DNA of 37,049 nucleotides from Gammaproteobacteria bacterium (GTDB lineage Bacteria; Pseudomonadota; Gammaproteobacteria; JAQSXL01): NCBI GenBank assembly GCA_029256685.1, contig JAQSXL010000002.1, positions 1 to 37,049 of the forward strand, read 5' to 3'. Shown piece by piece: positions 33,644 to 37,049 of this stretch (position 1 is its first letter; each line of letters starts with the position of its first letter). The notes under the pieces were generated by a model. It saw only the letters and a program-made list of their open reading frames with translations, ran no database searches and was not told where the DNA came from. The position numbers and the translations under genes were made by a program.

Positions 33644-34929
33644 AAAGAGGTCTCTCAGTGGGTAAGTTAGTCGGCCGTTTGCTGCATAGTCCCTGGACCA
33701 TTTTATTAAGTATGGTAGTGGGAACTATCATTGGTAATACTCATAAAGAGCTTGCCGCTGTATTGGGTCCTTTTGGTAGTCTTTATTTAACTTTATTACA
33801 GATGTGTGTGCTGCCCATTATGATAACGGCTGTTATCGCGGGGCTTGGTAATTTATTTAGGACAGGGAAAGCCGCTCTTTATCTTAAGCGCATGATAGCT
33901 ATTTATGTGCTAGGATTATGTTTAGTTGCCATCGCAAGCTTAAGTGTATCACTGTTGACTAAGCCTGGTAAGCAATTAACAGAAGACGATAAGCTGGTTA
34001 TTAGTGAGCAGCTTGCCAAAGCCGAAACAGTAAAAACCCTCGATGTTCAGCCTGAAAAACCGCATACAGCCGTGGGTAAGATCATTGATTTTGTAGGAAA
34101 CATCGTACCCAGTAATGTGTTTGCGGCTATGAGTCAGGGGCAGAATTTGGCGGTATTATTTTTCTGTTTAGCACTGGGTATCGCATTAGGGAAAAGTAGG
34201 GTAGAGGGAGCCAATATAACCTTAAAGGTTCTTGAGGCAGCTAACGATGCCTTATTAATGATTGTTACCTGGACCATGTATGGTTTGCCGCTAGGTTTAT
34301 GTTGTTTATTAGCAGGCTATATTGCACAAACGGGTTTAGGCATCCTCCTCGTTTTATTTAAATTTGTTTTATTATATTGTTTGATAAGTTTGGTATTAAT
34401 GGTTATTTATAGCCTTATTATTTGGCGGCGTACTGGACAAACCTATATTCAAACTTGGCTAGCGCTTAAAGAGCCTCTCATTATTGCCTTTAGCACGCGT
34501 AGCAGTTTTGCTGCCATGCCCGCAACGTTAACTAGCATGCATGAAAAATTAAAAATGAATAAGCAGACGGTTGATTTATTAGTGCCTGTTGGCATTATGT
34601 TAAATCCCATGGGCTCGGTGGCCCATTATTGTTTAGTTGCGGTGTTTATGAGTCAGCTATATGGGCTGCCTTTTGGCTCGGAGCAGTTTATTATAACTAT
34701 AGTAACCTCTATAGGCGCTAGTATAGCAGCGACGGGTGTGCCTAGTATCGCGGCATTGGGTATTTTGCCCATGGTACTGAATCCATTAGGCCTACCCGTT
34801 AATGTGGGAATGTTATTAGTGGCTGCCGTGGATACCTTTGCCGATACGTTGGTCACGGTATTAAACATTCATGGCAATTGTGCGGCGGCAACTTTAGTGG
34901 CCGATAAGCAAACTATAGCGATTGAGTAA
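33628..34929 (+). CDS. Dicarboxylate/amino acid:cation symporter (DAACS/GltP family)
   Basis: Multi-TM protein with LQMCVLPIMITAVIAGL, FSTRSSFAAMPATL and GVPSIAALGIL hairpin-like motifs. The ATG overlaps the binding-protein gene by 16 nt, with an alternative GTG about 30 nt downstream. Confidence 0.85.
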   Translation: MARAIERGLSVGKLVGRLLHSPWTILLSMVVGTIIGNTHKELAAVLGPFGSLYLTLLQMCVLPIMITAVIAGLGNLFRTGKAALYLKRMIAIYVLGLCLVAIASLSVSLLTKPGKQLTEDDKLVISEQLAKAETVKTLDVQPEKPHTAVGKIIDFVGNIVPSNVFAAMSQGQNLAVLFFCLALGIALGKSRVEGANITLKVLEAANDALLMIVTWTMYGLPLGLCCLLAGYIAQTGLGILLVLFKFVLLYCLISLVLMVIYSLIIWRRTGQTYIQTWLALKEPLIIAFSTRSSFAAMPATLTSMHEKLKMNKQTVDLLVPVGIMLNPMGSVAHYCLVAVFMSQLYGLPFGSEQFIITIVTSIGASIAATGVPSIAALGILPMVLNPLGLPVNVGMLLVAAVDTFADTLVTVLNIHGNCAAATLVADKQTIAIE

Positions 34930-35009
34930 TAGTTTTTGTCATAGAGCTTATTTGGTTAAATAAAAAATAATGCTATAGTTTACGCCCCATCCTCAAAGAG
35001 GTTACCTAA

Positions 35010-35432
35010 ATGACTGACTTAATGAAAATGATTCACGAGGCGCAAAAAGCGTTAAAAAAGTCTTATAGTCCTTATTCAAATTTTCCTGTAGGTGCGTGTA
35101 TACGTAGTGTGGACGATCAATTATTTGCCGCTTGCAATATTGAAAATGCCTCGTATTCTTTAGCTATTTGTGCAGAAGCCGCCGCCATTGCTTGTATGAT
35201 AGTGGCAGGTCAACACCGAATAAAAGAAGTCGTGGTGATAGGGACCGGCACGGAATTATGTTCACCCTGCGGGGCTTGCCGTCAGCGTTTACGAGAGTTT
35301 GCCGCGCCCGATGTATTAGTTCATATCTGCGATCTCAATGGAGTTCGCAAAACCATGACGATGGAAGACTTACTTCCCGTATCCTTTGGTCCACATAATT
35401 TGGAGAAAAAGCATGACCCAATTAGCGATTAA
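35010..35432 (+). CDS. cdd: Cytidine deaminase (short, homotetrameric type)
   Basis: Zinc motifs CAEAAAI and PCGACRQ. Size is 140 aa. Confidence 0.9.
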   Translation: MTDLMKMIHEAQKALKKSYSPYSNFPVGACIRSVDDQLFAACNIENASYSLAICAEAAAIACMIVAGQHRIKEVVVIGTGTELCSPCGACRQRLREFAAPDVLVHICDLNGVRKTMTMEDLLPVSFGPHNLEKKHDPISD

Positions 35433-36234
35433 AGCCGCTGAATATATCCGCAGTCAATCCAATAACTTTCAGCCTAAAATAGGGTTGATTTTAGGGTCTG
35501 GCCTAGGCTCACTGGCCGAACTGGTCAAAGATCCCATCGTAATATCTTATGGCGATTTGCCAGGTTTTCCAATCAGCACCGTTGCAGGGCATGCCGGACA
35601 AATGGTGTTAGGTTATTTAGAAGGTGTGCCTGTAGTTTGCTTACAAGGCCGCGCCCACTGGTATGAAGGTGTAGAGAGTGAAAAAGTAAAAACCTTAGTT
35701 CGGACTATTAAGCTACTCGGTGCCGATAGCCTGGTGCTGACTAATGCGGCAGGGTCTTTGCGCATGGATGTAGGTCCAGGACGCTTAATGCTGCTTACCG
35801 ATCATATTAACCTGCAAGGCAAGAATCCGCTCATAGGACCTAATGATGAAGAATTTGGGCCGCGTTTTTTTGCCATGGATGATGCCTATAATCCCGATTT
35901 ACGTAAACTTTTGCTAGAAGTAGCGGAGGATAACGCTATTTCCTTGGCCGAAGGTGTTTATATCGCGGTGCTAGGACCTTGCTTTGAAACACCCGCAGAA
36001 ATTCGCTCCTTTAGAGTCTTAGGCGCGGATGCGGTTGGCATGTCCACAGTACCAGAAGTCATAGTGGCTCGCCACTGTGGTTTAAAGGTAGCGGCTATTT
36101 CGGCGGTTACCAATTATGCGGCCGGCATGAGTGATGAAGAAATTACGCATGAAGGCACTTTGCATTATGGTAAAGTGGCTGCCAAGGATATGTCGCAGTT
36201 ACTCATAAAGTTTTTTGCAGCCCTGGCGAAATAA
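35413..36234 (+). CDS. punA: Purine nucleoside phosphorylase, trimeric (PNP/XapA/PunA) type
   Basis: LGSGLG, GHAGQMV.G, GRAHWYEG, LTNAAGS, GPRF, GPCFETPAEIR and GADAVGMSTVPE. The ATG at 35413 has GGAG 7 nt upstream and is preferred over the TTG at 35386. Confidence 0.85.
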   Translation: MTQLAIKAAEYIRSQSNNFQPKIGLILGSGLGSLAELVKDPIVISYGDLPGFPISTVAGHAGQMVLGYLEGVPVVCLQGRAHWYEGVESEKVKTLVRTIKLLGADSLVLTNAAGSLRMDVGPGRLMLLTDHINLQGKNPLIGPNDEEFGPRFFAMDDAYNPDLRKLLLEVAEDNAISLAEGVYIAVLGPCFETPAEIRSFRVLGADAVGMSTVPEVIVARHCGLKVAAISAVTNYAAGMSDEEITHEGTLHYGKVAAKDMSQLLIKFFAALAK

Positions 36235-36235
36235 A

Positions 36236-37033
36236 ATGACTAAAAGTTTGATTAACGAATGGGTTGCCGCAGCCCAAATGGCGACGGCGTCTACCGATCT
36301 AACTAAAAAGATAATTTCAGTAATTGACTTAACCAGCCTGAATGATACAGATGATAAGGCCGCCATAGATGCACTTTGTACTAAAGCCCTTACACCCTTA
36401 GGACAGGTTGCCGCTGTCTGTGTTTATCCGCAATTCGTACAGCAAGCCAAAACAAAACTATTAAACACTAACATTAAAGTAGCCACCGTGGCTAATTTCC
36501 CGCAAGGAAACGCCACTCAGCAAGTGGTCTTGGCCGAAATCGGGCAAGCCGTGGCGAGTGGCGCCGATGAGGTGGATGTGGTTATACCTTATCAAGCCTA
36601 TTTAGCCAATAGGGCCGAGTCGGTAGAGTTTTTTTTGCGCAACTGTAAACAAGCCTGTGGGCATGCGAAGCTAAAAGTAATTTTAGAAACCGGCGCATTG
36701 CAAGCAGCCGAGTTGATAGCTAATGCCTGCCAAGATGCTATTCAGGCCGGTGCTGATTTTCTGAAAACCTCTACCGGTAAGGTGGCGGTGGGCGCTACTT
36801 TAGAGGCCGCTGCCGTTATGTTATTGGCTATTAAAAATGCCAGATCCGAGGGTAAGTCTGTTGGTTTTAAAGCCTCGGGCGGTATTCGCACGCCAGAGCA
36901 GGCGGTAAGCTATATAAGCTTGGCCGAGTTAATCCTGGGCGAAAATTGGCTTTCATCGGCCACTTTTCGGTTTGGAGCCAGTGGGTTATTAGATGCGTTA
37001 TTAGCCGGTGAAATAAATCAATCGACGTATTAA
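36236..37033 (+). CDS. deoC: Deoxyribose-phosphate aldolase (long, E. coli DeoC type)
   Basis: Collinear with E. coli DeoC as I recall it (DLTSLNDTDD, ATVANFPQGN, GADEVDVVIPY, GADFLKTSTGKV, GFKASGGIRT, RFGASGLL). The ATG at 36236 is preferred over the TTG at 36215. Confidence 0.9.
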   Translation: MTKSLINEWVAAAQMATASTDLTKKIISVIDLTSLNDTDDKAAIDALCTKALTPLGQVAAVCVYPQFVQQAKTKLLNTNIKVATVANFPQGNATQQVVLAEIGQAVASGADEVDVVIPYQAYLANRAESVEFFLRNCKQACGHAKLKVILETGALQAAELIANACQDAIQAGADFLKTSTGKVAVGATLEAAAVMLLAIKNARSEGKSVGFKASGGIRTPEQAVSYISLAELILGENWLSSATFRFGASGLLDALLAGEINQSTY

Positions 37034-37049
37034 CTTAACCTAAATTTTG

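Noticed and set aside
791-35398. Sixteen track ORFs nested in, or antisense to, larger well-supported genes: 791..1060, 2141..2443, 3676..3897, 4254..4457, 5377..5568, 5958..6212, 7881..8066, 10547..10753, 15576..15758, 19094..19330, 21677..21877, 23944..24192, 26183..26371, 32381..32611, 34653..34868 and 35168..35398.
   Set aside because: Each lies inside, or overlaps the end of, a longer ORF with clear family motifs. Their translations are low-complexity or odd in composition and lack SD sequences. They are treated as shadow ORFs.
1-37049. A search by eye for tRNA or other known RNA genes, CRISPR arrays, IS elements, transposases, integrases and phage genes.
   Set aside because: No T-loop GGTTCGAATCC-like motif in a cloverleaf context was found. 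There is no regularly spaced direct-repeat array, and no ORF has transposase, integrase or phage motifs. Absence is by eye only and should be confirmed with tRNAscan-SE, Infernal and ISfinder-type searches.

Overview
This is a 37 kb, roughly 40% GC (by eye) gammaproteobacterial chromosome segment. No tRNA, rRNA, CRISPR array, transposase or integrase was recognised. All homology calls are by-eye motif recognition on the supplied translations; no search was run.

Most of the window is conserved housekeeping:
- mltB plus a lipoprotein
- a Y-family DNA polymerase
- a class II DAHP synthase, thpR and a YyaL-like thioredoxin-domain protein
- dapB-xseB-ispA
- DUF4845-rnc-era-recO
- tusE and tusBCD, followed by a BI-1/YccA protein
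- mrdA-rodA
- a binding protein plus DAACS symporter pair
- cdd, a trimeric-type PNP and deoC

Three accessory blocks lacking mobility genes sit between these:
1. 1356-3077: two overlapping orphan ORFs and an internalin-like LRR protein.
2. 4605-15707: described below.
3. 25929-27247: a host-attachment-family protein and a small secreted Cys protein.

Block 2 holds, in order: a small ORF with its own SD and terminator whose product looks like a RiPP precursor (double-Gly leader, then CCTCTCT); a 104-aa orphan; a MacA-like adaptor with two MacB/FtsX-type permeases and no ATPase; a coiled-coil orphan; and a 2006-aa orphan giant protein with internal repeats.

This gene content (LRR protein, orphan giant protein, host-attachment protein) suggests an intracellular Legionellales-like organism. 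That is inference only.

The best candidate for something undescribed is the orphan precursor-like peptide beside the ATPase-less MacAB-like exporter. The next candidates are the giant protein and a binding protein translationally coupled to a secondary DAACS transporter. Several structured intergenic repeats (MITE-like palindromes) are also present.
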